In this document: positions 42,896 through 54,318 of the stretch, piece after piece
How positions within the stretch are numbered: position 1 is the stretch's first letter
Layout of the letters: every line of letters begins with the position of its first letter
From: Phallusia mammillata
Lineage: Eukaryota
Assembly (NCBI GenBank): GCA_965637545.1
Contig: OZ281500.1
Location: 7,316,001 to 7,380,000 of the forward strand
Reading direction: 5' to 3'
DNA: 64,000 nucleotides
Program-made: the position numbers and the translations under genes
The notes under the pieces: generated by a model
The model's database searches: none
The model's input: the letters and a program-made list of their open reading frames with translations, nothing else
What the model was told of the DNA's origin: nothing

Positions 42896-45800
42896 ATGTC
42901 ATCACCTGTTACCAAGCTTCGCAAATTTTCCCGCCTCTTCTCGCCAAGACCGGTTAGTCCACGCTCATCAGATTTACCTTCAGCAGCCGATAGCATTCAC
43001 AGGTTTGCGCCTGGTGTTGCACATTCGCCTACAGCAAGGTCAACTCCAAAGCTGGGCAACAGCATTGTTAGTCCTGGAAGCTCGCTGCCCAGTAAAAGGA
43101 ATATCTCAGAACAGTGGAGTTACACACCGACCGCCAACGCAAGTCAGATGATGGCAGGCCAATCCCTCGGCGGCGTGAGTCCGTATAAGTTTCTGCCACA
43201 TGCGTCGCGCAAGAGGCATTTTGGCATCAGTGACTTGCCCGAACATCGTCACAAGGTTAAGGTGAGCGTCAGTGACTATGAGTTCGCGTCAGACAAGTTG
43301 ACTTCTTTCACTTCATGTGCCGTATGTTTTTATAAGATCTAAATTTAACTAAATGAGGTTTGTCAAAAATGGTCAAATTGTTGATAAACTATATTTTAGT
43401 TTATTTGGTTCGTTTTGTCACTTAAAAATCCGCCTATTTCCAAATTCACAATTTTATAATTCTGTCAAAATAACTTTGACATATTTTAGGTTTTTAGCTG
43501 ATATATTTTGCAATTGTACAAAAATAGCTTTGACAAACTTCAGTTTTCTTTTGTAGGTTCATGATTCCGCCAACCAGTCGACTCACGACGATCACACGGC
43601 TCATAATCATATGACCAAAAAATGCAGCGTCTTTAGTGCATCAGTGGCTCCTGCTTCTACTCCCAAACACGGGAATCGATCCCAGATACTTCGGCTTTCT
43701 GGAGTAGCTCTTTCTCCAAGTTCAGTGTCCTGGTCATCTCAGAGTCCAGTGCCACTGTCTGGTCATAATAACGCCACAAAGTCAATTTCATCACCTCGTC
43801 ATTTTAAATGGAAGCGTTTCGCGAGTTGCGGCGTCACAACCAGTTTGAGGCACACCAAGCGGTTGCAAGATGTCATAGAGCAATGCCCATCAGGAAAGTT
43901 TTACTTTTGGGAGGACGATGAATCTGAGCTGATCACTTCAGAGCAGTTGGGACGCGGTGGCTTTGGAAGAGTGTTCGAAGGTTGGTGTGGATTTTAAATT
44001 AGCATCAATTTTGTGGAAATGTGGAATTAACATGATTTTGTGGTATTCGGAAAGATATACTGACACTGTTGTTTTCAAATTTAGGTCGATACCGTGGGGA
44101 AAAGGTGGCGATAAAGAAGATCGAAAATGCGTTTAAATCGAGACAAGCTGTTCTTGAAACTTTGCAGGTAAGGGAAAAATTAAAAATCCATATATGTGCA
44201 CAATCTTTGTATTGGCGAATAAACGCACAATAACACATCACGAAAAAAAAAGAAATGCCAAAAAGGGTGGTTAAACCTAAAAGGAAGCAACTAAGAATTC
44301 ACATCGGAATATGTGGTGCAGGATTTTTTACAAGATTGTGATTATGGTAATGTAGTTTTTCGATTGCTTTTAACAGGGTGAAATGAACGGACTTCGTTTG
44401 CGACACGCCAACATTGTCCGAACACTAGTGGTCGTGCAACCTACACCATCGCCGTCCAACAGCAATTCGCGCAGCTACTGGTAAGCCTTTGCATATAAAT
44501 TCATACACTAATGTGACACATAATACGCAAAACAGTCTACTATACGTGTGGCTGTGAGTAGAAAATAACACAAAAATGAGGCAAATTGAATAATTTAATC
44601 AGATGTAAAGTTGATTAAAACATATTTGTGCCAATGACTGACGTTAATTTTTTGTTGCTATATGTAAAGCTACGTTGTGATGGAACATGCCGGCAACAGA
44701 AATCTTTCACAACTGATTAATGATATTAAAGAACCTATAACCCCGCAACGACGATACAGGTAAGGACCTTTACACATTGGTATACGAGCTTTGTTTGGGT
44801 TCAATTAGGTAGCAGACATACAAATATTTGCTGAATGAAATTGGTACGTGCCCTTCAAAAAGAAAAGGCGTTAACACAAGTCAAAAATATTTCAATCTTT
44901 ACAATTCTTTGTATATTGCAGATTTTCTGCGGATATTCTTCAGGCCTTGGATTATCTTCACAGCAAACGACTAGCTCACCTTGATCTGAAACCTAGCAAC
45001 GTAATCGTGACGCATGATGACGTGTGCAAAGTGTGCGACTTTGGATCGTGCTTGCGTATTGCCAACGTCGATGAACCCCAGCAGGTAAATTTCTCATCAT
45101 GGCGTGGTTGTGAAACAAATTTTCTGACTGGTCGTAAAAAAATACTGATTTTTGTTCATTGATTGCTTGTGCAGGCGGACAAAAGTATAAGAGACCCGAA
45201 TTGTAACATTACCGGATGTTCTGACTCCATAATGAGCAACTCCACAATGCTCTCAGCACCATCATCATCAAAGTCATCCGGCTCGGCAAGATCGTCGTAA
45301 GTATTATATGCTTCGCCAGTATTAAGTACAGAGCCAGTCTTAGTTCCTCGGATTGGTGCATGTTCAGAAATTGTACATCACATTTGGTATTTTTTATTTT
45401 ATGGATGGCTAAAAATCAGTTAAACGGGACTTTATCTAGCAATAATTTCGACGCGCAGATTACAAGAGTTAAACAGGTTCCTTAGGTCTTATCACATTGA
45501 TGTTTTTTATTCAAAACGCTATGTCAACCATTTCAATTTTAAAATCATTGAAGGTACTGTGTGACTAAAATCTCTGAGCGATTGCAATACTTCAATACGC
45601 TTTTGTTTGCAGATCGCAGCTTATGGGGACTTTCATCTACCGGGCGCCGGAGTTACTTCGTGGTTACGTGCCTTGCACCAAATCGGACATATATTCGTTT
45701 AGCATCACAGCATGGCAGCTATGGAGTCGAGTCTTACCATACGCTGGTCAACACAACCACGCAACCGTGTTTGCTGTTGTTGCATTTGGTGCTCGCCCGA

Positions 45801-46446
45801 AAATTCCACAACCAAGCACTGCGTCGCCAGGTAAGCATAACGACTGTTTACTAAACACAAGAGTGATTTAATAGTGTATTCTGCTGGCATCAATGTCCAA
45901 AAACAAACACGTAACCCTTGTAGACCCAACCATAACTAAACGATCGCCTGTGTTTTAAATATACCAACACAGTTATAATCAAGCACTTATATTAACAAAG
46001 AAATTTACTTAAACCATTTCCTGAAATCAACGAGGTTTCGTCGAGTATGTAACCGTTCTCGTTTGCTAGGGTGCAATGGTTTGTTCAATTCGCTAAGGAT
46101 TGTACGGCGATGTCGCTTTTTGTTCGTGACAAAATCGCCGTACACCGAACAATACATTCCATAACAGCATCAAATGTCAGTTTAAATCCTTCGCATGGAG
46201 ACGTGAAGTCTGTTTTATTTAAGCCCTCACTGACAATTTTCAAACGTACTTTTCCAAGTGGTTTGCTGGTAAAAGTTATTTTATTTTTCTGTTTACTTTA
46301 TAGTCAGTAGCGCATGTGGAATGGCAAGTGCGGAAAGACTTTACTTCGACCTTATCGCATCGTGCTGGAGTGCGGACCCCGAACAGAGACCCACTGCAGC
46401 TAATGCAATGGCGACAATCAAGACTTGCCAAAATTTGCAGAATTAA
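42896..46446 (+). CDS. MOS: Mos serine/threonine kinase; exons 42896-43255, 43557-43980, 44085-44167, 44377-44480, 44670-44760, 44922-45084, 45175-45296, 45613-45830, 46304-46446
   Basis: EQLGRGGFGRVFEG, VAIKK, LRLRHANIVRT, VVMEHAGNRNL, HLDLKPSNVIV, CDFGSC, GTFIYRAPELLRG..TKSDIYSFSITAWQLWSRVLPYAGQHNHATVFAVVAFGARP and LIASCWSADPEQRP are Mos-like; all junctions in phase. Confidence 0.9.
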
Positions 46447-46630
46447 TAAAACACAGATTGACGGAGATATTTGACATTCGTTTTTGTAACATTCCTTCAC
46501 TTTTCCAAAGCTTTATTTTTTGTGATGTTTTCCGATATATATTGTTCTTTACCGCCCTTTTCTCATATTTCAAAATACAAAATACAAAAATACAATGTGT
46601 GTAGTGTGTGAGGTCGGCTACATATATATA

Positions 46631-46803
46631 GAGTAAACCTCGGTTGATCCGGATCCATTCGGACCATAAATTTTGTCCGGATTAGGCAAAGATCCGGATT
46701 AACCAATGTTGATTAGTTAAAGCTCTATCACATTACAAATCATTCGTACCTGAAGTTTTGTCCGAATTTGGCGAAGATCCGAATTTACCTAATCCGGTTT
46801 AAC
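46631..46803. mobile_element. Tc1/mariner (pogo/Tigger-like) MITE, right end degraded; same family as 56518-56702 in opposite orientation
   Basis: TA-GAGTAAACCTCGG start; interior aligns with the reverse complement of 56518-56702 (gattagttaaagc..tatcac.ttaca...aagttttgtccgaatt...aatccggttttaac). Confidence 0.8.
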
Positions 46804-46974
46804 TGGCGTCAGCGCAACACAACGTTTATGGGGGTTACATATACATATTGTCTTGCTGGAATATGTGACAACTTTGCCCTCACTGGGAAAAAAGTTACAA
46901 ATTAATGCATTTGCACATGCGACCTACCCATCCAATAGAAAAACACTTGCGGAAATAGGTAGTGCGGAATAAAT

Positions 46975-47107
46975 TGGCCGAATGGTCCGGCGCGCCTGAC
47001 CCACATACAGACATAAAAAACCTGATCGGGATTCGTCCCCGGGAGAGTCCTGGGTTCGAACCCCGTGAAAAAAAGAAGAGAGATAATGAAAAAAAAAAAA
47101 AAAAAAA
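46975..47107 (+). mobile_element. tRNA-Leu-like short retroposon (family B) with poly(A) tail
   Basis: TGGCCGAATGGTC (box A), CCTGA..TCGGG stem with an intervening segment, GGTTCGAACCCC (box B), then an A-rich tail ending in a long A run; second copy at 18272-18374. Confidence 0.8.
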
Positions 47108-50100
47108 CGCATTTTTAAAAAGTGCGGAAATTAATTGCTTTAATAGCCCAAGCATTTCATCGAGGCTTAAAATCAGTTAAACAGGACATTATGCAGCAAT
47201 AATTTACAAGCGCAACAGAACTCAAGGGTTTGAACATTTCCTTAGGTCTTCTTGTGCGTTTACAACTGCCTGTAAATAGTCTGCCAAACTATTTTGTTTT
47301 ATTGTGACCTTGACCTTAACAAAGGTATAAACTTCACCCTCTTTCGGGTTCACAACGCCATATCGGTTGTGCGACTGATATTCACGTGCAACTAGCAACT
47401 ATAACTGGAACTGCTATTGATTAAGCTTTTGTAGATGACAAAAATAGCATGTATGGGGTTCTGGATGGCGGCGTATATTCGTTTCGGAACCTAATTCGTT
47501 TCTTGTTTGTACGCGTGACAAATTTCATGTAGGTCGTGATTATTGTATTGGCGCATATTTCCTCAAAGGAGCGGGGACACCGGCTATTGTTTGTCTCGTC
47601 CTCAATTCAATAACCATTTGTGATCGGGTTGGCTAGGAAAACTAAACCAAACCGCCCTACAACGGTAGGCTTAAATGATGTTTACCAAGGAACTGTCTAC
47701 AGTGGCATCGCTTATTGATTATGAATTATCAAACGGTTTTCAATGTCGGTTGATTAACCCCACATGATTTAATTGGTTGAACCTATCATAGTTCAAATCG
47801 CATTAACATTCAAGAATTGTTTTTGTTTTGTCATTTTCAAACTGTAACGACATAGCAGCTACAGACTTTGGGCGAACTTTCAGATTTCGCATAAAACGAA
47901 CTTCATGGTTAAACGCACTGAAGTACAGGCCTAAGAAAAGTTCGTGGTGAGCTTGGTAAAAACTGATAACCATTACAATTCACATTGTTCATTCGCGGAA
48001 CAAACCGCCTGCGGTTGCTGTGTTTAAAGCAATACACGTCACTTCCGGTTAGCTATAGCTGTCTCATTGAAAATCAGCCGCATAAGCCAGCAATCACAGA
48101 TTTATTTCCAGTCCTCAGGCAGACAATACAAAGCGGTAGCCTGTTCGAAAGAAACACAACCCACGGTTGGGCATATAATACCATGACAAGCACCAACTGT
48201 TGATGACTTCAATATAAAGTAGTTATTACGTTATGCCAGCTGGATCTTTGCCAAAGATGGCCCACTTTAGCAAAAGCTGTACCATTACTTATAAAAATTA
48301 ACAAAACAACTTGTAATTATTGTAAAAAAACACATGTAATTCAACGTTAGCTACCCGATAGGTACTGTTGTCCAAAGAGTGGCTTTAATAGGCGAAGAAA
48401 GCAACGTGCACTTGCATAGCGGTTTTGCACATTTGTGCGAAAAGAAAAACATAAACGCGAAAGCTTCACAGTAAAAACATACAGCATAGTTAAGGCATCG
48501 ATTGTGTGCTCACGATCGCCATTCAAGACAAAGTAGCATAACGGGAGCAGATACGCTTTTTAACGCTAAATTCTTGCCCAATATTCTTTCAACAAACTGC
48601 GTATGTGACTGGATCGTCACTGCTTTTTAAGACAAGCGGAAAACAGTTCAAACACGTGCTTTACCGAATATTAGGCTCAAAACAGACAAAAAAACAAGTT
48701 TGTGTGTGCATTCGTATAAAATAATATGTCCCAATTTGCAGTACTAACGCATAAGTTCTGAACGTAATGTGGTAGAGTAAATATAAAGGTAGAGTAAATA
48801 TATGTTGAAATTCCTTAAGAGATGAAACATATTTTATCTTACCAAATCACATTTATCTGGAGTTGATTTTTGCAATAGTTGCAAAATTACCTTTTTAAGA
48901 AAAAAAATCTTCGAAATCGGCATGGGGTAAAGAAAACAAAAGTTTGAGAACCTCTGTTGCAAATGACACAACAACAAACTGCACGTACAAATAGCGTTAG
49001 AATATTTTAAATTCATGACATTGGTCAATACAGTCACAACATTACTTGGCAAAGTATGCTCGGTCGTTTTACGTGACGGTTAGAGTCAATCACTACTGGT
49101 AAGGTGCTTGGTACTGAGCTTTCTAGTGCAAGGAAGTGTAAATAGAGGTAAAAACACGGTTCGTTTAGCAATAGTTTAAGGATCAACATTTTAAACAACG
49201 TCCATATATATACATATAAGTCATATATATGTTTTATGATGGTAAATAAAGGCACAAACGGCACAAGAAAAATCTACACTGTAGAACAAAAAAGCAATTT
49301 GTCTGCTATGATTAGGAATGCACAATTGTAAAAAGTCACCATATGGTTTATTTTAAATGCCATTCTATATTTAAATTCTAATTTGCTTTTTCAGTGGGAG
49401 CTGTATTTTGTTGAGTCAATAAATAACGTAGCGCGTTACAGGGCACCAGTTTCGTTTTATAAGTATCAAAAGCAAATTTGAATTATTTAGCCTGGGGTAA
49501 ACAAAGGCACAAAAAATATGTTTGAATACGAATAGCCGATAAAAAAAATCGGATTTCAGATTCAACATTTTCGTAATTACAATTCTGGGACTTAAAACAA
49601 CATATAGTTCACCACAGGCTGTAAAAACATTCATAGGAAGTCACAAGGGACAAAATCGAAACGCATCATGTAGCAACGGATGGATGGTGTGAGCATCCTG
49701 AGTACAGTGACATGCAGCACACAATAGAGTAGAACATTTTCACAATGGCCTGTTGCTCTACCACAATTATATAAATATCAACACTTTGTCGGAACTCTTC
49801 AGCCTTTACAGTGAGCAAGCGGGCCGTAAACTTTGGTGTCTATTTGGTTCAGTTAGCGTGATGGGCAGCAGTACTTTGCGAAGCGGAACTGTATCGCATG
49901 GAATTCAATTTACTTTGTTTTTATTTAATGTACAACAGTAAGAATAGTATTATCGTTTACTGCTTCTTTTGATTTGTTTAGGGTTTCTCCTACTAAAAAA
50001 TCTAAAAAACGTACACCATTTATCGAGGGTAAAATAATCTAATGTGCATAAAGCGGTGCATGAAATAAAAGTACAAGTGTCGACTGTACACGTATAACAG

Positions 50101-50284
50101 TACCGTTGGCCCACGACTAAATTTAGAAAAGCTATACCGCGTACCTAATAGCTGTAACCGGAGCTTAGATAGGGTCTTAGCTTCCTTAAAGCACGTCACG
50201 CTTCCATGGCGCATCTCATACCTGCGCATTGTGCGTTCACGCGGAGCTCCACAGTAGTTTTTTCCCCTTGACCCGTGGCATCAG

Positions 50285-52448
50285 TTAGTGATGACATAAG
50301 CCCTTTTCTGCGCCTTGCCAGGCTTCGTGAAGGCTCGGTATGACTTTATGGGGCATCGACAAACCCTTTTTGCGAGCGCGGCCGTGCATTTGAACAAGGC
50401 TACATAACTTGCAGAAACTGCGAAGGTCATTTTCGCGGTTCTCCATACGTAGCCTGGTTTCAATGCGCTCCGGATACTTATTCCACGTACGCCATTGTAA
50501 ATATTCAGCGTAAGCAGTCTCGTTCTTCACTAGGTAGTTTAGATACTCTACCATTTTGGCAGGTGAATCAAAGTCTTGACTATGGATAAATGACTTGGTA
50601 GGCGCCACTTTTAGAATGTCCTTTTTCCGTGGTCCCCACACGATCGGCACCGCTCCCGAACGCAGTCCATTAAACCAAAATTTCTCAGTAAAGTAATCCT
50701 TGCATCCAATGGAGTTTTCAAACGAGAAATAGAATTTGTATTCCCCCAGTGCTTTGTAGAACTCCAAGGAGTAACGGTTACCAGCCAGTTGTTTGCCTCC
50801 GAAGCAACCGCCGAAGGTGTCGACCTTTGACACAAAAAGATGTTTATTTAGGTAAAGGAACAAAGACGCCCGATTCAAAGTTTTTTCATTCACATTTCAA
50901 CAGAGCAGTCGTATATAATATGAAATTGTGTGATGAAACGCCTGTTCCATGATTGACTTTAACTGTCTTGACTTTATTTGTTGTACCAGTCATCGAATGT
51001 TGACCATGTAAACATTGCATTTTCCACAGGTAAACATGACTGCGCCTTTATGAAGCATAAAATGACAACTTAGGGGAAAGGCAGTACCAGGTAGATGAAA
51101 ACAACGTAAGGTTTTAATAAAAACTACGTAGGTTATTCTAAAGAGTTCAATATATACCTGTAATCCGGCATCCATTAAACTCTTTGCGTAGCTCATGCGA
51201 GGTTGGTAACAGTTGCTAACAGCCCAGGCAGCAATCTTGTCCGAACCGCGCTTTCTTTGCAGTAAATCCTCCAATTCGGTCTCACCGGCTTTCTTCAGCT
51301 CACGCAGTATAAGATTAATGCTACCGTAAGGTGCGTACACATCAGCATCCGTTCGGTAATGAAACGTAAGATTGAAAAAGTTGTTCCATGTGCTACTCCC
51401 ACCACCACTACTGTGCAATGGACTTTCTAAACTCCACCAAGCAAAAAGCTGCCACGGCTGCCTAAAAACGACAACAACAAAAGGCATCATTTAATGTTGC
51501 ATAATGCATTCATCTCATCCTTAATTCGGTTTTGTGGTACACTACTGCAGTACTACAAAACTTTTTTAAAACAGTTTTATGTAAACATGGAAAAGGGCAT
51601 TGGAATAGGGTTTGGAGAAAACCTCAAATGTCAGCAAAGTTCTCTCGCTCGACACTGATTGCACGTCAAACATGCGTCCAGTAGAGCATAGCAGGAATGC
51701 GGGTGATCTGGTCAAGCGTGTCAGTTGTGTCAGTAAGGCCCGGTCTACCCCTTGTCCAGTAGCACTGTGACGCCCGTTAATATGAAAAGGCGTGGGTAAT
51801 TGGGACGTGTCTGTTATTTTCAACGACCTGCTTCTAAAATCCGTAATATGGGGTTTGGTGCCACCCTGGATCGTCATTGAGGGTTATAACGAGAGGTAAA
51901 AAACCGGTTATTTTCTACTGGGCAACAAAACGTTTGCTTTTTGCTTTACATAACAAACTGAGCAAAGGCATACTGAAATTATTTCATTGCGCACAGTATG
52001 TTTTTGTTTACATGTACCTGTTTTGTGGTAAACCGGAACTCGAGAGACCATCGAAAGGGAATACTACAGCGTGAACCTTGTCCATGTTCGATTTGTCGTA
52101 TGTGACATCGCATCGCACGTTGCCCAAACATTCCTGTGGGTTGGCCATATAACCAGGTTTGCCGTTGATGTTCTTCCATATCACTATAGTGTACGGCTTA
52201 CCATGTTCGTCCAGCATATCAGCCTCGTCAAATGTAAAGTCAGAAATGTTTGGCGGTCCCAGCGTAGAAGTTAATAACGGCGAACGAATGTTTATTACAG
52301 CTGGGGAATGTACGGCAAGCTCTGAGTCAGGGTCCACGATTAGCTTTTCGTTGCGATTGCGATATGGTCTCTGCAAGAACAGTACACCAGCTACTAGTAA
52401 TCCTGCCACAAACAGTCGGGATGCAAGTCGTGCAATCTTTTTTTTCAT
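50285..52448 (-). CDS. Alpha-1,3-fucosyltransferase (GT10 family); exons 52448-52018, 51461-51158, 50824-50285
   Basis: Type II TM anchor; NRQPWQLFAWWSLESP, FNLTFHYRTDADVYAPYG, AWAVSNC and YKFYFSFENSIGCKDYFTEKFWFNGLRSGAVPIVWG are GT10 motifs; junctions in phase. Specific orthologue not assignable. Confidence 0.93.
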
Positions 52449-53097
52449 GATGACAGTACGGTACCACAATAAGAATATCCTACAAACGGTAATTAAGGCA
52501 ACTGACGATTATCATAACATGATAGACAGTAACTATAAAGTTGTCAATCCTGGTCTAAAAAATGGACCCTGGAATGTGTAATTGTACTTGTTAATTGTTA
52601 TTTAATCTAAAAATACTCATAAAAGCAGTAAACGCATTTCAAATCGACCCTCCAACAACAACAACAACTAGCTAACTCGAAAATTTAGCATTAAAACTGA
52701 AGATACTTTCCCTAGGTCTCTCATACAGCAGATATCTGACTCCAGCCACAGGTTTGGACAAATACCTGACGGTTAGCAGCTACTCACAAGCCAGTCAGTG
52801 TGCAAACAAGAGAACACGTCGTAAAAAAGGCGAGGACTCATTGCGGGCAAAAAGCAAATCACCAGAGGTTTGTCACCAAGAGAGATTCGGTTCTCGTCGC
52901 ATTGTACAATTCTATTTGTGTAACTTGATAGCGTTTGTGGCGATGATATTAAATCCGTAGATGAATGGTCTGCCCGTGTGGAAGGCGCTGCCACGTTGTT
53001 CGATTCTTGTAAAAACTGAAATCCAGCTGTAAAACCGCTTAAGTTCTTACAAATTAATAATGAGCTTTGGAACACTATATACGGATCCAGTCATAAG

Positions 53098-53272
53098 TTT
53101 AATAATGAAAATAACGGCACAAAAATACGTAAAAAGCGACATGCTTTATTGTTCAGACGTTTCGGCAAATGCTCATATCGCTTATGATGGCATGAGCATT
53201 TGCCAAAACGTCTGAACAATAAAGCAGGTCGCGTTACAGGTCTATTTGGGCCGCGTTATTTTCATTATTAAA
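53098..53272. repeat. Fold-back element (arms about 78 bp) built on a decayed hammerhead motif
   Basis: 53098-53176 is the near-perfect reverse complement of 53192-53272; spacer plus right arm read CTTATGA TGGCA..TGCC AAAAC GTC; the left arm on the minus strand keeps TGCC GAAAC GTC. Confidence 0.85.
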
Positions 53273-54318
53273 TAATGAGCTTGTTTTACGGGTACGGATA
53301 GTACGGGACATTTAGCAAAGTGACAGATCTGCACAAATTGCATGTCGTGCAATGTTTATCGACACTTCTTCGAATTCCGACTTTTGCAACTACAACTTCT
53401 GCTCCAACTGAAATCATTTCAACCTTGTGACTAAACTTAACCGTGTACCTTTAGTAAACAGCTTAAACTCACAAGCAACACATGTCCTTAGTTTTACTAA
53501 TAGGCGGCAGTAATCACACAGCGTTATACGTCACGCTACGACTGCATTCATAACTAAGCCGGTAACAATTACTCACTGCCTTTAAATGTCACTAAGCCAT
53601 TTAGCTTTGGTAAGTTTTTCTGAATAATTTTGCTTTTATGTGGTTTCTTTTGTTTACATTGTTTGCTGCTTGAATCTACAACCTGAATTGATCATCGCTT
53701 TTGTACTCAAAAACTATTTAAAGTTCTATTTTTTTATGAATGAATATGATTATACATGCACATGACTAGATTATAATTTAATTCATGTTGCACCTACAAA
53801 CTTAACAAAGTGTCTTCATGTGCTTACATATGAAAGCAAACCGTAAACAAAGCACCTAACTGAAACCTGCAGTCCTATGCGGTGAACTACGTATCTGCAA
53901 ACAGTAAACCGAAACTTGTTTCTTACATGTTCACCTAAAAACCCACTTAAGTTGATAGCACAGACCTGATGGTCCAATAAACCAACTTATTTTGTAGATT
54001 AACTGGTAATGTCCAGCAATGTCCAGCATCTGCCTAATTCCACCTGCAGCTGCACCCGCTTGCTGTTATACATCAGGAAGTTGGTCGTGCGCTGAATCAG
54101 GTCTGCTGGCGGTAAGTCACAACAAATCACTCTCTGAGGCTTGTGACGTCACAATGTATTTTCTAAACTATTGTTATAGCTATCACACATGAAAGGGTTC
54201 AGCTGTGCTGTGTACATTCCTGCCTCCTGGTGAGTGGTTGACTTATGACTGTGCAAGCTAAGACCTATATCAAAAGCCTGTAACGGACCGTAAAATTGCC
54301 ACTTCAATACCAAGGACA

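Noticed and set aside
46447-46620. Cytoplasmic polyadenylation elements in the Mos 3' UTR
   Set aside because: U-rich tracts are present but no exact UUUUAU/UUUUAAU, and the transcript end is unknown.
45438-47255. Weak similarity between about 45438-45490 and 47195-47255
   Set aside because: Only short blocks (gcaataattt, ttccttaggtctt) match; too little to define a family.
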